From contig CAVEVN010000013.1 in NCBI GenBank assembly GCA_963619155.1, positions 5,263-69,262 of the forward strand: DNA of 64,000 nucleotides, in the 5' to 3' direction. The notes beneath the pieces were generated by a model. It saw nothing but the letters and a program-made list of their open reading frames with translations. It was not told the origin of the DNA and ran no database searches. This document shows, one piece after another, positions 54,621 through 63,993 of the stretch (its first letter is position 1; each line of letters begins with the position of its first letter). The DNA is from a bacterium (lineage in GTDB: Bacteria; Patescibacteriota; Saccharimonadia; Saccharimonadales; Saccharimonadaceae). Position numbers and translations under genes: made by a program.

Positions 54621-55547
54621 CTAAAAATTCAAAACAAATTTCGTCACTCTGTCCGACGTTGCGGCGAGTTTCCAACCATTTCGCTCCGCCAAAGTTTTCG
54701 CAATCGAAAGCCCCAGTCCCACGCCTTCCGCCGACTTATCGGTCTGGTAAAACCGCTCAAACACATGCTCAAGGTCTTTTGGCGCAATTTTCGCCCCGTC
54801 GTTCGAAACCGAGAGCGTATGCGTTTCGACCTTCAGCCGAATTTTTGTGTCGCAGTATTTTATCGCATTATCTAGTAGAATTCTTAAAATTTGCTCGAGG
54901 TCCTCGGGGTGAGTTTTAACCTTGTCGTTACCTAAAGTTATACTTTTCTTAAAATCGATATTCATAAGCCTCGGCTCAAAACTCTCCACCACCTTCGCGA
55001 CTAGTTCGTTTACGTTCACCACTCGCTCTTCGCTCGTCGCTACCAAATCCGTCCGCGCCAAAGTCAAAAGATCGGTATTCAGCCGTGTCAATTTTTCCGT
55101 TTCCGTCTCGATATTTTTAATCCATTTATTGTCTTGAATATCCGCCGCTTCGAGATTGGCCGAAATCGCCGCGAGCGGAGTTTTGATTTCGTGCGAAGCA
55201 TTAGCGATAAATAACTTTTGCGCCTCGTATGCTTCGCTGACCGGCCGCACCGCCTCTTCTGCCAAAAAATACGACACCACCGCCACCACAACTTCAATCG
55301 CTACTCCCGCAATAATTAACATTCTAAGTAAGTCATTCGCCGCCGCTTGTTTTTCTTCCTCGATCGACACGCGCACCACGCGCTCCATATCGTTCGAAAA
55401 CATTTCGACCTTGCTCTCGGCAATTGGCGGGCGTTTATCTGCTGCCGACGTCGCCGACAGATAAATCCCCGTAAAAGTCGCAACCAGCACCGTCGTGGTA
55501 ATCCCGAGATTAATCAAAATCAGCCGTCTTTTGAGTTTTTTAAACAT
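54621..55547 (-). CDS. Sensor histidine kinase (two TM helices, HisKA plus HATPase_c)
   Basis: 308 aa. It has an H-box (ANASHEIKTPL), an N-box (LLDNAIKY) and a G-box (GVGLGLSIA). Confidence 0.9.
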   Translation of the reverse strand: MFKKLKRRLILINLGITTTVLVATFTGIYLSATSAADKRPPIAESKVEMFSNDMERVVRVSIEEEKQAAANDLLRMLIIAGVAIEVVVAVVSYFLAEEAVRPVSEAYEAQKLFIANASHEIKTPLAAISANLEAADIQDNKWIKNIETETEKLTRLNTDLLTLARTDLVATSEERVVNVNELVAKVVESFEPRLMNIDFKKSITLGNDKVKTHPEDLEQILRILLDNAIKYCDTKIRLKVETHTLSVSNDGAKIAPKDLEHVFERFYQTDKSAEGVGLGLSIAKTLAERNGWKLAATSDRVTKFVLNF

Positions 55548-56196
55548 CTAATTTATACCCCAAATTACGAATTGTTTTAATCTCCGCCCGCGCCCCTAGC
55601 GTTTTCATCTTTTTACGCAAATACGACACATACACCTCAACATAATTATCTTCAAACTCCGCGTCCGCGCCCCAAACATGCGCCAAAATCTGCTCTTTCG
55701 TCGTCGCCAGCCCCGGCGTTTTCATCAGCATTTCCATAATCCCCGCCTCTTTGTCGGTCAGCTCCACTCCGTTCAGAGTCCGGTTTTTAAGATCCAATTT
55801 TAAATCTTCAAACTCTAAATTTTCGGTCGTAAGTAACGCCGGCCGCCGCGCCAAAGCTTTGAGCCTCGCGATTAGCTCCGCCGTCTTAAACGGTTTGGCA
55901 AGATAATCATCCGCGCCGTGTTCCAGCCCCCGAATCTTATCTTCGACCTCATTCAGCGCCGACAGCATAATCACCGGTGTTTTCACCTTGCGTTCGCGCA
56001 TAGTCTGCAAAATTTCCAGCCCCGACATTTTCGGCAGCATAATATCCAGTACCACCACATCATAATTCGGTTTCAGCGCCAGCTCCAGCCCTGCTTCCCC
56101 GTCCGCAGCATAATCTACATCAATTTTCGCCTTTTTCAAAAGATGTATCACCGCCTCAGCTAAAAACTTTTCGTCTTCGACATACAAAATTCTCAT
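55540..56196 (-). CDS. OmpR/PhoB-family response regulator
   Basis: 218 aa. The receiver domain has MRILYVEDE...VVLDIMLPKMSG, and the C-terminus is a winged helix (VYVSYLRKK...IRNLGYKL). Confidence 0.92.
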   Translation of the reverse strand: MRILYVEDEKFLAEAVIHLLKKAKIDVDYAADGEAGLELALKPNYDVVVLDIMLPKMSGLEILQTMRERKVKTPVIMLSALNEVEDKIRGLEHGADDYLAKPFKTAELIARLKALARRPALLTTENLEFEDLKLDLKNRTLNGVELTDKEAGIMEMLMKTPGLATTKEQILAHVWGADAEFEDNYVEVYVSYLRKKMKTLGARAEIKTIRNLGYKLDV

Positions 56197-56354
56197 TTTA
56201 GTTCTCCGATTATTATTTTATCACACTCAAACTTCGCATCTATCGCTCCGCTTTGGGCGCACTTTAACTTCGTCATCATCGTCCTACTTTTATCACACTC
56301 AAACTTCTCGCCCATCGTCCTATTTTGCTCACATTTAAACTCCACGTCCGTCAT
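56193..56354 (-). CDS. Candidate 53-aa micro-protein made of four 12-residue Cys-containing repeats
   Basis: The sequence is MTDVEFKCEQNRTMGEKFECDKSRTMMTKLKCAQSGAIDAKFECDKIIIGELK. Its ATG lies 1 nt after the upstream TAA, and its TGA overlaps the response-regulator ATG (ATGA). The underlying DNA is a 4 x 36-bp in-frame tandem repeat. Confidence 0.45.
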   Translation of the reverse strand: MTDVEFKCEQNRTMGEKFECDKSRTMMTKLKCAQSGAIDAKFECDKIIIGELK

Positions 56355-56355
56355 T

Positions 56356-58101
56356 TTATTTTTGTCCTCCACGGTTATTTCGGCTCGGTATATTATGCTG
56401 ATTAGTATTCGAATTTCCCACGGTCGTTGTTGCGCCGGTAATCGTGAAAGTCTGATATTCCTCACCATTAATGTAGATAGTGTACGTCGCACCAAGTTCA
56501 AACTCCGCCGTTCCCGCCGCAAGATGCGCAAAAGTTTTTGCCGACGTGTGCGACAAAATTGTTTTGCCGTCCGCATCGCGAATTTCAATCGTCGTTCCCG
56601 CTACCTGCGTCGCCGTAAAATACACACTAATATTATATACACTCGAACTCGTGCCCAGCGTTTCCGCCATTCCGCTCGCACCGACCGCAATCACCGTTCC
56701 GCCTCGCATCACTACGCTAATCCCGGAATCCAGCGCCCCGTCACCGTTGTTGGTCGGACCGTCCACTACCACCGTGCCACCGTTAAAATAGAGATACCCA
56801 TTACTGTCTACGCCGTCCCCAGCTGCATTAATATAAATCTCCCCGCCATTAATCTCAAGAATACAACTCTCGTCGCCTGCCATCGGATTCGCGCCGGCAC
56901 GATTTTGCGACGAGCTGTCCGCGCCGCCACCCGCGTTAATCCCATCATCCGTCGCCATGATTTTTATCGTTCCACCATTAATCGTCACCGCTTGCGCCTC
57001 GAGCCCCTCATAACTTTTGGTAATATTCACCGTCCCGCCATCAATAATCAGCTCCCGGTCGGCATGCATCCCGTCGTCACCCGAATTAATCGTAAAGTCC
57101 CCGCCCACAACGCCGATATAATTATTCGAATGCACTCCGTCGTCATACGAATTAATATTAATTTCGCCCGCATACACCAAAATACTCCGGCTGGCTTTAA
57201 TTCCCTTTAGCCCCGACTTGACATTAAAACTTCCGTTTTCGATCAACACAAACCCTTTGCCAGTTTTGATTTCGTTGGTCGATTTAATCCCGTCGCCCGT
57301 GGCATTAATCGTAAACTCTCCGCCTACGATATACACAGAATCCGTCCCTCGAATTCCGTCGTCCACCGAGGTAATTTTATAAGTTCCGGAATTGAATTTC
57401 AAATCGTCCTTGCTTACAACTCCGTCCTCAAAATTCGCCACCACCGTCAACTTGCCGTCGCCCTGAAAAGTCAAATCATCTTTCGAATAAATCGCGCCCC
57501 GCGCGTCTTCGTCGATGTCGGCGCCGTATTCCGCTCCGTCCTCGACATAATTTTCGCCCATCAGCTCAATCACCAAATCTTCTGCCGAGTCGCACAAAAT
57601 CGCCGGCCCGCTCGAATTTTTAATCACCACATTGTCCAAAATCAGCCGCACCACCCCATCGCCCGCCGACACTAAAATCATCCCGTCCGCAATTTCGCCG
57701 GTCAAATGATAAGTGCCAGGGTGAATAATCTCAAGCGACTGATCCAGCGCAATATCATAAGCCGCATACCGGCTCCAATCGATTTTTAAGTCTCCGTTAT
57801 CGGTAATAATCGCGTTCGCAATTTTCTCCGCCGTATCTACCGCCGAATTGATATTCAGAACCACCGCCCCGATACTCACTCCCGCTACAAGCGCCACTAT
57901 CCCCACTCCGCTAAGCCAACTTGAAAGCCGCGAACGCGCCCCGCGCTGGCTTTTCTGTGCCGTCTTTGCCGTACTTCCTTGCCGGCTGTTTGCCCGCGCC
58001 GATTTCACTGTGCCACCCTGCCGTTCGTTTTTCTGCACCGATTTTGCCGTGCCTCCTTGCCGTGCTTTCGTATTTGCCTCAGGGCGTTTTTTCGCGGTCA
58101 T
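56356..58101 (-). CDS. Membrane-anchored beta-helix protein, Cthe_2159-like carbohydrate-binding family
   Basis: 581 aa. The N-terminus has basic repeats (RQGGTAKSVQKNE x3) followed by a TM helix. Many repeats of the type DDG(I/V/M)...GG.(F/V).I then follow (SVDDGIRGTDSVYIVGGEFTINATGDGIKS, SYDDGVHSNNYIGVVGGDFTINSGDDGMHA). The family name is from memory. Confidence 0.7.
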   Translation of the reverse strand: MTAKKRPEANTKARQGGTAKSVQKNERQGGTVKSARANSRQGSTAKTAQKSQRGARSRLSSWLSGVGIVALVAGVSIGAVVLNINSAVDTAEKIANAIITDNGDLKIDWSRYAAYDIALDQSLEIIHPGTYHLTGEIADGMILVSAGDGVVRLILDNVVIKNSSGPAILCDSAEDLVIELMGENYVEDGAEYGADIDEDARGAIYSKDDLTFQGDGKLTVVANFEDGVVSKDDLKFNSGTYKITSVDDGIRGTDSVYIVGGEFTINATGDGIKSTNEIKTGKGFVLIENGSFNVKSGLKGIKASRSILVYAGEININSYDDGVHSNNYIGVVGGDFTINSGDDGMHADRELIIDGGTVNITKSYEGLEAQAVTINGGTIKIMATDDGINAGGGADSSSQNRAGANPMAGDESCILEINGGEIYINAAGDGVDSNGYLYFNGGTVVVDGPTNNGDGALDSGISVVMRGGTVIAVGASGMAETLGTSSSVYNISVYFTATQVAGTTIEIRDADGKTILSHTSAKTFAHLAAGTAEFELGATYTIYINGEEYQTFTITGATTTVGNSNTNQHNIPSRNNRGGQK

Positions 58102-58776
58102 CTAAATCTCCTTTTCTAGCTCCGGCTGCGACAATAACACCTTGAGATTGCAATTTTTCACCCGAATCGCATCCAGAAAATCTTTTTCCCGCACCCCGTG
58201 CTTCAACGTAATATCATAAGTCAACTTATATAAACTCCCCATATTCATAGTTTTGGTTTGCACCAGTTCCGCCGACTTCGTATATTTCTTAAAAATTTCA
58301 CTAAACACGTCCTCGTAGTCCAAATCCTCTGGAATCACAATTTTAAGCGCACGATTGTTTTTGTTCGGTTCAAACATTTTGGTATTCGAGAAAATCACAA
58401 TCGCAACCACCGCAATCGCCGTCATCACCACGGCGAACAAGAGATGTCCCATCCCGAGTGCCAGCCCGACCATCATCGTGAAGAAAATCCCGAGCAGTTC
58501 CCTGGCGTCGCCCCGTACCGACCGGAACCGAATCAGCGAAAACGCCCCCAAAATCGCAATCGACGTCCCGAGGTTGCCGTTAATCATAATCATTACCGCC
58601 ATCACCAGTAGTGGCAGCACCGCGAGCGTCACCAAAAAACTTTTAGTGGTTTGGCGTGCGGTTTTCTTGTGTGTGAACGCAATCACCATTCCGAGCGCCA
58701 GCGCTGCCACCGCCGAAATTAGCGCTGTCGGGATACTCATTCCCGTCGCCGTGCTGTCAAATATTGTATTAAACAT
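58102..58776 (-). CDS. DUF4956-like integral membrane protein
   Basis: 224 aa with about four TM helices followed by a soluble C-terminal domain. Its position directly after a VTC gene is the typical partner arrangement, as far as I recall. Confidence 0.6.
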   Translation of the reverse strand: MFNTIFDSTATGMSIPTALISAVAALALGMVIAFTHKKTARQTTKSFLVTLAVLPLLVMAVMIMINGNLGTSIAILGAFSLIRFRSVRGDARELLGIFFTMMVGLALGMGHLLFAVVMTAIAVVAIVIFSNTKMFEPNKNNRALKIVIPEDLDYEDVFSEIFKKYTKSAELVQTKTMNMGSLYKLTYDITLKHGVREKDFLDAIRVKNCNLKVLLSQPELEKEI

Positions 58777-59605
58777 GTTGTTCTTCCTTTCTTATTTGTT
58801 GATAAATTTTGCTAATCTTTGAAAATTGTTGCGGATAAACCTTTTCCGCGGACAGGGCCTTCACCAGCCACAGTGGCATTACCTCATGTGCTTTAATCTC
58901 CATTATAATATTTTTTTCGTCAGTAAAAAAGTTTTTGTCGTCTTTGCGCTTGGTAAAGTTCAGATTCCGAGTGCGATATTTCAAATTTTCATCAAACGTA
59001 AGCCTAAGCCCTTCCTCGCCTTGATAGCTTTCCCGCTCATAAAACACTAAAATTTGCGGTTTCAAATCAAAATGCGCAATTAAATAGTCAATTTCTTCCG
59101 CAATCCGCAGATCATTTTGGCTCACCGGCGCGGTTTTTGCTGGGGGCGCATTTTTCTTGCTCTTTTTCCTTGTACTAACACCAGCATTCGCACTAACACT
59201 CATACTCTCACCTGCGCCCACATCCGTCCCGGCGCTGTTTTTCACCAAATCCACAATCTTCCCACCTTTTTTTACCAGTTTCGCATACTCTTTTTTCGTA
59301 ATTTTCATCCGCCGTTTATACCCGACATTATTTTCGCCGCCACAAAGCTTGGTTTTTATCTCGAAAAACACCTTGTCGTACCCGCCATAACTGCGCGCAC
59401 GTAACTTTGCCTTGAACATCGGCTGTTCAATCGACTGAATAATTAAATCAAACTGGTCCGTGTCGAAATAAATATTAAAAATCTCCGATTGATAATAATC
59501 GTCCGGGCGCATCTGCTTCTGAATAGTCTTGAGCAAATGTCGCTTTTGTTGTTCATCGATCAAATATTTTTTCTCCACTCGGTCGAAAATCTGTTGGTCT
59601 TTCAT
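58769..59605 (-). CDS. VTC-domain (polyphosphate-polymerase-like, triphosphate tunnel fold) protein
   Basis: 278 aa. The segments RVEKKYLI, IFNIYFDTDQFDL, LRARSYG, FFEIKTK and IMEIKA give alternating charged beta strands, as in VTC/CYTH tunnels. Confidence 0.7.
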   Translation of the reverse strand: MKDQQIFDRVEKKYLIDEQQKRHLLKTIQKQMRPDDYYQSEIFNIYFDTDQFDLIIQSIEQPMFKAKLRARSYGGYDKVFFEIKTKLCGGENNVGYKRRMKITKKEYAKLVKKGGKIVDLVKNSAGTDVGAGESMSVSANAGVSTRKKSKKNAPPAKTAPVSQNDLRIAEEIDYLIAHFDLKPQILVFYERESYQGEEGLRLTFDENLKYRTRNLNFTKRKDDKNFFTDEKNIIMEIKAHEVMPLWLVKALSAEKVYPQQFSKISKIYQQIRKEEQHV

Positions 59606-59686
59606 GATTATATTTTATTATACTTTGCTTAAAAAATCTTAAAAATCGTGGTGTTTATGTTATAATAAAAACACAAAGGAGGTTTC

Positions 59687-60637
59687 ATGCAACTCATCGT
59701 TATATTATTAGTCGTGGTCTCGGTTCTGACCTTTTTGTCGGGCGTGGCAACTTTTTTCGGAGCTTCCAAAAAAGAACGCACCCGAGCTGGGCGATTTTTC
59801 CTCGCCACGATTTTTGCAACCATCTGGTCGGTTTCGATTGGGATTTTTCTGATGGCGGAGCCGGGCTGGAGCGAGCGCATGCACTGGCACGTCAACTGGA
59901 CGTATATCAGCGCGATTTTTATTGATGTTGCTTTGCTTGGCTTTATCGCCTGGCACCAAAAATATGGTAAAATCGCGACTTCAGTATTTGCGATTTTTGG
60001 GATAATTCTCGCGAGTTGTCTAGCTGCCAACCCGTCATTATTATATACGGACATCATTTTGAGTCGCTACGGCAATAGCCTAGTCACCAATATCGGTCCG
60101 TTTTATATTGCCTATATCGCGTTTTTCTGTCTGCTAGTGCCCACGGTGATTTTTACCCTTTTGCGCCAAATTATTCATTCGCACTCGCCTAAAAAACGCG
60201 GCGCCGACCTAGTGCTTTTGATTGGGTTTGCAATTTCCGGTACTATGGCGCTGATTTTCGACCTCATTGTGCCTCTGTGGGATTGGAGTTTGATTTGGAT
60301 TGGACCGATTGCGATTTCAACTACCATCATCGCTTTTTATTACACCATTTTACGTTATCGGATTCTCAGCCTGTCTTCGCGCTGGATTAAAATTTTGTCT
60401 TACGTCGTGATTATCACCTCTATTGCGGTGGTTTATATGGTGATTTTCGCCATCGTGTTTGCCGCGCTGTTCCGTGGCGCCACGCCGTCGCTCGAAGTGA
60501 TTATTTTAAACTTCATTATGATTCTGATTTTCCTGGCTCTCACTCCTGCCATGAACGAGTTTACCAAATTTACTCGTTTCCTCATTTCCGGTGAGAAAAA
60601 ATCACAAGGAGAGGATGCCTTGACGGATGGAAAGTAA
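59687..60637 (+). CDS. Hypothetical polytopic membrane protein (about 8 TM helices)
   Basis: 316 aa and hydrophobic throughout. It overlaps the next gene by 11 nt. I could not assign a family. Confidence 0.65.
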   Translation: MQLIVILLVVVSVLTFLSGVATFFGASKKERTRAGRFFLATIFATIWSVSIGIFLMAEPGWSERMHWHVNWTYISAIFIDVALLGFIAWHQKYGKIATSVFAIFGIILASCLAANPSLLYTDIILSRYGNSLVTNIGPFYIAYIAFFCLLVPTVIFTLLRQIIHSHSPKKRGADLVLLIGFAISGTMALIFDLIVPLWDWSLIWIGPIAISTTIIAFYYTILRYRILSLSSRWIKILSYVVIITSIAVVYMVIFAIVFAALFRGATPSLEVIILNFIMILIFLALTPAMNEFTKFTRFLISGEKKSQGEDALTDGK

Positions 60638-61589
60638 TTCGCCACGCAGTTCTAGGTTGACGATTTTGCTATCTATCAATGCCGCGGCGGTTTTGATCGC
60701 GGGGGTGTTAATCGCTAGTGCAATTTGGTTCAACGGCGGGCTCGAATTTCGCGTGGTTGGCGAGCGTTCGGACATTGTCGACGACGACGCCAGCGCCGTG
60801 GCTCTGCTCGACCCGACTTCCGATACCGACCTTTCGGCCGTTGAAAATACCGAAGATATCTCAAACTACGATTACGTCTCGACTTCTTCCCACGAATTCG
60901 ACAGCACTCCAGTTTCTAGTGGCGAGCTATGGAACGAAAAATCCATTGTGATTTATGGTACCCCCGATATTGATATCTGTGTCGGTGGCGGGCTATCGGA
61001 TCTCGGCGAAATGTATTGGCAAACTTCTGACCAAAACGTGATTTCTGGCTTTTACAATTCCGCGCGCACTTGGCTGGGCTACAGCAGTGACACTTGTCGC
61101 TACCCGGTCATTTCCGGCTATGGCACCACTACGATTACTGCCGGTACTTACGACGGCAAACGCAAAGACAGCATTGTTGTAACGGTGATCGAACCTCCAG
61201 TCGATCAGTGGGAACACGAAGTTTTGACTTTGGTCAATAAAATTCGTGTGCGCAACAATTTATCGCAACTTTCTTGGGGTGAAACTTGTGCCGACGCCGC
61301 CAATACTCGCGCTGCCGAAACCCAAACTCTCTATGCCCACACTCGCCCAGACGGTTCTAGTTGGTCTACAGCTTGTAAAGCTCCGAGTTCCGGCGGGGTG
61401 AGTGGCGAAAATCTCGCCATCGGCAACGCCGCCGTCTCGCCAGCCACCACCGTGGCGCTCTGGATGGGGTCCGAAGCTCACCGTGCCAACATTTTAAATC
61501 CCGAATACACCAAACTTTCGGTCGGTTTTGTGTTCGACATGGGCAGCAACTACAAAACTTATTGGTCACAATTCTTTAGTACCTATTAA
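60627..61589 (+). CDS. Membrane-anchored CAP/SCP (YkwD-like) domain protein
   Basis: 320 aa with an N-terminal TM helix and a beta-rich middle region. The C-terminus (LVNKIRVRNNLSQLSW...GENLAIG...WMGSEAHRANILNPEYTKLSVG) fits the CAP domain. Confidence 0.8.
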   Translation: MESNSPRSSRLTILLSINAAAVLIAGVLIASAIWFNGGLEFRVVGERSDIVDDDASAVALLDPTSDTDLSAVENTEDISNYDYVSTSSHEFDSTPVSSGELWNEKSIVIYGTPDIDICVGGGLSDLGEMYWQTSDQNVISGFYNSARTWLGYSSDTCRYPVISGYGTTTITAGTYDGKRKDSIVVTVIEPPVDQWEHEVLTLVNKIRVRNNLSQLSWGETCADAANTRAAETQTLYAHTRPDGSSWSTACKAPSSGGVSGENLAIGNAAVSPATTVALWMGSEAHRANILNPEYTKLSVGFVFDMGSNYKTYWSQFFSTY

Positions 61590-61696
61590 CTTATCATCTA
61601 AACTTACACTGGAATGAACGCGTTTTTTGCCGTGGTCAGTTGCTTGTGCTTTTTTGTCTAACGAGGCCAACCCTCTATGCTTCCCGCCTAGCTAGG

Positions 61697-62629
61697 TTAG
61701 TTTTTAACTACCGTATCATTAATTAGCGTGCCGAGTTCTGCAATTTTCTTATTCGCCACCTCGCTGGTCATCGCCACGACCACAAAATGTCGGTTTTGTT
61801 CCGGAAAATCTACAATCGCCGCATCGTGATACACATTCCAAGATTTGCCATTCCAGTCCCAGCCAACTTTATTATAAACTTTCACGCCCGCCGGGAACCC
61901 GCTCGGCAGTCCTTTGCGCCAATCGTCAGTCGTGACCGGCTGATTTAAAAACGAATCTTGCATAGTCGCCACAAGTTCCGCGTCTTTGATGTCCGGGTGC
62001 TCGTAGAAAATTTGCATCATTTTGGCAATGTCGGTCGCGTTAGCCACCAAACTCGAAATGTCTGAATTTACAATCCCAAAATCCTGCGCAATTATTTCGT
62101 CTAGCGTATCATGTCCGATTAGACTCCACAAGGTTTCCGCGCAAGCTGAATTAGACTCCCGAACGGCGAGATCTAGGCACTGCAAAATTGTTTTGCCAGT
62201 TCGCCCCGCTGGGTCGGTGCGTTGCCATTCCCCGTTTTCTACCCGCCGGTAGCCTTCGTAAACCACAAATAATTTATATAGCGACGCTGTATTATAAGTC
62301 GCGTCCGCATTATATTCCCCGACAGTCTCGCCTCGGTCTAGGTCATATATCACCACGCTTTTTTTGCCGCCAGCCCCCGCCGCCCAATTTTCAACCACGC
62401 CCTGAAAATCGATTTTGGCGGGTAATTTTGTCTCATTTTCGACATCGGCGTCGGCAATTTCCGACGCGCTGGAATCAGCTTCTACCTCTGTTGTCTCGGC
62501 GGTTTCGACTTCTTGCTCCGCTCGCTCATTAAACAATTTCACGCTCAGCCCGCCAATTGCGATAATTAGTAGTAAAAAAGTGATCAAAAGTATTACGGAC
62601 GCACGCTGATCAGTCGATTTAGAAACCAT
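61697..62629 (-). CDS. Class A beta-lactamase-like serine hydrolase, membrane anchored
   Basis: 310 aa with an N-terminal TM helix. It has SxxK (ASLYK), an SDN-like ESN motif, and KVG in place of KTG. Confidence 0.7.
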   Translation of the reverse strand: MVSKSTDQRASVILLITFLLLIIAIGGLSVKLFNERAEQEVETAETTEVEADSSASEIADADVENETKLPAKIDFQGVVENWAAGAGGKKSVVIYDLDRGETVGEYNADATYNTASLYKLFVVYEGYRRVENGEWQRTDPAGRTGKTILQCLDLAVRESNSACAETLWSLIGHDTLDEIIAQDFGIVNSDISSLVANATDIAKMMQIFYEHPDIKDAELVATMQDSFLNQPVTTDDWRKGLPSGFPAGVKVYNKVGWDWNGKSWNVYHDAAIVDFPEQNRHFVVVAMTSEVANKKIAELGTLINDTVVKN

Positions 62630-63993
62630 TTGGCTGTCTCCTCGTCCATGACTTTAGTTTGCATCTCCGCACCATATACTGTTGGCGTGATTTTAGTTTG
62701 CAATAGCTTGCCGTTATAGAAATAATGCCCGAGCACCAGGCTTCGCGTCGTTCCCGGCCACCATATCTGGTCAAAGAACAAATTCCCCAGCCCGTAGTAA
62801 ATCGCCCCGTCGCCGTATAATTCGAAAGTCTGCGGTTGATGCGCGCTGGTCCCCACCACGAAATCCGCGCCAAGGTCAATCAAGTGCCGGAAAAAGCCCA
62901 CTTGGTCGCCCGCCGCCGAGTTGGCGTAATCGCAAATCGGATCTTCGTATTCCGAAGCGTAGGCGTTACATTCATAATATTGAATATCGATAATGATAAA
63001 ATCACCCCGCTCTTTGGCCGCCGCAATCTCAGATACAGCATTGTCTTCGTTGTAGCGGTTCGCGCCCGGTGTATCGTCGTCTGTCGCTCCGCCGGTCGAC
63101 AAATTGTATGCTAGAAACGTAATCCCGGTGTTTTTCTCATCAATTTCTAACGGTTTGGCCGCCTCCAGCGCCGTTTTGCCGCCACCCACCATCCGAATAT
63201 TATTTTCGGCATAAATATCAATCGTATTTTTCGCTGCTTCGTCGCCACAATCTTGGTTATGGTTGCCAGTGAGCTCCACAATATCCAGCCCGATGTCCGT
63301 TAATGTATTAATAAATCGCGTATCCGAACAAATATTCCGCGAACTCGCATAACTCGAAAACGACGACTCGTTCGAAGTGTGCGTCAAATCAAAACTCGAC
63401 AGAAAATCCTTAATTTCGGCGCTAAAATACGTCGCATCGCCGCCCGTTGCCACTAATTTTTCGTTCATTCCCCGCGATAAAGCCGTGACGCCAGTCTGCG
63501 CAAAGGTCAAAACCGAATTTTTGTCCGGCCAAGTTTTAGTAAAATCTTTTTCAACCAGCGGTCTGATTTCCTCGTCAAACTTTTCCGACTCAAAACTCAC
63601 CACTCGGTAAATCGCACCCTCGCTAAACTCGTCCAGATAATAATGCCCGTTCACGCTGAGTAATTTTTGCGAAAAGTCCAAATCCGCGACGCTGATTAGC
63701 TCAATTTCGGTGTCTTTTTCTGCACCGCTCTCGGCGTCATTCCCCAGATCATTTTCGGCAATTTCGGACGCGCTTTTTTCGCCCGTCACCGAGCTTCGCC
63801 CCGCCTTGTTTAGCAGTTCCCCGGCGCTCTCCGCCGTGACATTGGCTTCATCGCTATAAAAATCCCCGACCGGCACCAAAATTTCATACAAAAACTCGCC
63901 GTCTTTTAACTCTGGCTGGGCTAAATAATTTTTCGCCGAGATCGTGACGTCTTTGTCCAGTTCGACCTCGTCATTAAAAATCCGCGCCAGCAC
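62593..63993 (-). CDS. CapA-family (PGA_cap metallophosphatase-like) protein; the N-terminus may extend beyond the window
   Basis: 466 aa in the window. The motifs LTGNHNQDCG, GGG at the ...RMVGGGKT segment, and GTSAHQPQ are typical of CapA/PGA_cap. Confidence 0.7.
   Translation of the reverse strand: MLARIFNDEVELDKDVTISAKNYLAQPELKDGEFLYEILVPVGDFYSDEANVTAESAGELLNKAGRSSVTGEKSASEIAENDLGNDAESGAEKDTEIELISVADLDFSQKLLSVNGHYYLDEFSEGAIYRVVSFESEKFDEEIRPLVEKDFTKTWPDKNSVLTFAQTGVTALSRGMNEKLVATGGDATYFSAEIKDFLSSFDLTHTSNESSFSSYASSRNICSDTRFINTLTDIGLDIVELTGNHNQDCGDEAAKNTIDIYAENNIRMVGGGKTALEAAKPLEIDEKNTGITFLAYNLSTGGATDDDTPGANRYNEDNAVSEIAAAKERGDFIIIDIQYYECNAYASEYEDPICDYANSAAGDQVGFFRHLIDLGADFVVGTSAHQPQTFELYGDGAIYYGLGNLFFDQIWWPGTTRSLVLGHYFYNGKLLQTKITPTVYGAEMQTKVMDEETAKWFLNRLISVRP

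Noticed and set aside
56197-56355. Regularly spaced 36-bp repeats considered as a possible CRISPR array.
   Set aside because: The units are contiguous and degenerate, with no unique spacers between conserved repeats. There are only four units, no cas genes and no leader. They also maintain an open reading frame.
56193-56588. The 131-aa minus-strand ORF as listed in the track.
   Set aside because: Its first 78 residues overlap the 3' end of the 581-aa beta-helix gene in another frame. Only the last 53 codons, from ATG 56354, lie in otherwise non-coding sequence, and only those are reported as a candidate.
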